A stretch of 64,000 nucleotides of DNA. Origin: Felis catus (Eukaryota). The notes beneath the pieces were generated by a model, which was not told the DNA's origin, did no database searches, and was given only the letters and a program-made list of their open reading frames with translations. Shown piece by piece: positions 62,831-64,000 of this stretch; positions within the stretch are counted from its first letter, which is position 1, and each line of letters opens with the position of its first letter. Location: NCBI RefSeq assembly GCF_018350175.1, contig NC_058373.1, forward strand, positions 112,284,001 to 112,348,000, written 5' to 3'. A program made the position numbers and the translations under genes.

Positions 62831-64000
62831 TTGTTTTTTAAGGCTAGCTAAATATCTCCCCATCCCCATCCCCCACCCCCCTCAGTTTTCTTCTTTTCTC
62901 TTTTGTCATTACCATGTGTTTGGAGCTGTGATAGGGTCTGTCTAAATATAAACCCACTATGCCATCTTGATAGGAAGTTCAAGGCAGGCTATTTTTGAAG
63001 TCAGAATTATTTATGTGAAAGGATTACAAAAAACAATAGAAATGGAAGGGCATAATTAGAAAGATTTAAATAATCCCACTAGATATTCCTTTTTAGGTAT
63101 GTATTCTGATGTAGAAAATGAAATGAAACTAGTTTACATTCAGAGCAACTGATTTTGAGAGATTAGCCTAACTTTGGGCCCCAAATTATAAATGCCTCCA
63201 TTTAAAAACTAGTTTTAAAAACCTGTTTATACAGTCTTATATTAAATGAGTTCATTTAATTTAATTCTTATATTATTGAGTTCATTGAAGATTTACAGAC
63301 ATGTTTTCTTTCATTGCCGTTTTAAATCGATGATCCTTCATGGCAATTGTAATAGCATCTTTGGGTACTAGAATATACAAAGACTTCTACTTCAAGCATT
63401 CATTACATGTTCTAATTAAAAAAAACAAATTGGTAATGTTTATTGAGTACTAAGATTTTAAAATATTTTCCCAAGCTTTGTCAAGAACGTAATGATAAAA
63501 TGATGGCTTAATAGAAAGCAACTTGTAATTACCACTTTTAAATAAAAGGCAAGGCAACACTGATTTAAGTGAACAAAGACTGAGATGTTTGGCATTTATA
63601 AATAGAAATGACTGCTTATATAAATTACATCTTTAGAAATTTGTCTATAATTATATTGGCAGAATTATGTTTTCTAAGGGAAATATTCTAGGAGAAAGAA
63701 GATACTTTTTTTTAACATTAAATCATAAGGTAGAACATGCTATGTGGTTTTTGAAGGTACTGTGTAATTTTATTCTTAAAGCTTCCATGTTTTTCTCATA
63801 AACCAAAGTATTAAATTACAAGAAAGGTAGTTGTGGTTTCACTGTCATTATTTATATGTTCCCTTCTGAATCCACTGGATCCTGTGATTTAAGTGTGTTT
63901 AAACAAGGCTGTCGTCAAAAATCATCTTGACTGTTAAAAAGTGTGTGCTAATATATTTTCCAAGGGATAGTTTTCTTCCCCTTCTAGAGGTTTCCAGGAC

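Larger units (their letters stand above)
24947..64000 (+). other. GPHN: GPHN intron 1 (continues beyond the window)
   Basis: Starts at the GT donor; the expected continuation (V)SDSCFRNLAEDRSG was not seen downstream. Confidence 0.85.

Noticed and set aside
1..64000. CRISPR arrays, operons, rRNA or other prokaryote-type systems
   Set aside because: No repeat-spacer periodicity or gene-dense structure; the window is mammalian intronic and intergenic DNA.

Overview
Mammalian DNA, almost certainly from a felid (Felidae-type Can-SINEs and carnivore L1s throughout). Two genes are visible on the + strand. The last two coding exons of CCDC196 (6547-6605, 6795-6914) are too short for the ORF track. 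The CpG-island promoter and first coding exon of gephyrin (GPHN; ATG 24883, donor after 24946) are followed by about 39 kb of GPHN intron 1. The rest is mostly interspersed repeats: a decayed full-length 7.2-kb L1 nested in a MER5-type DNA transposon inside an L2, several 5'-truncated L1s with clear target-site duplications (TSDs), more than 20 Can-SINEs (three nested pairs), old hAT elements, MaLR LTRs, MIR/L2 and a decayed 5' fragment of 7SK RNA. I found no evidence of a previously undescribed biological system. The notable points are the small hidden exons, the nested insertion histories, the 7SK fragment and several potential dsRNA structures. Gene and repeat-family names come from recalled sequences, not database searches, and the boundaries of old repeats are approximate.
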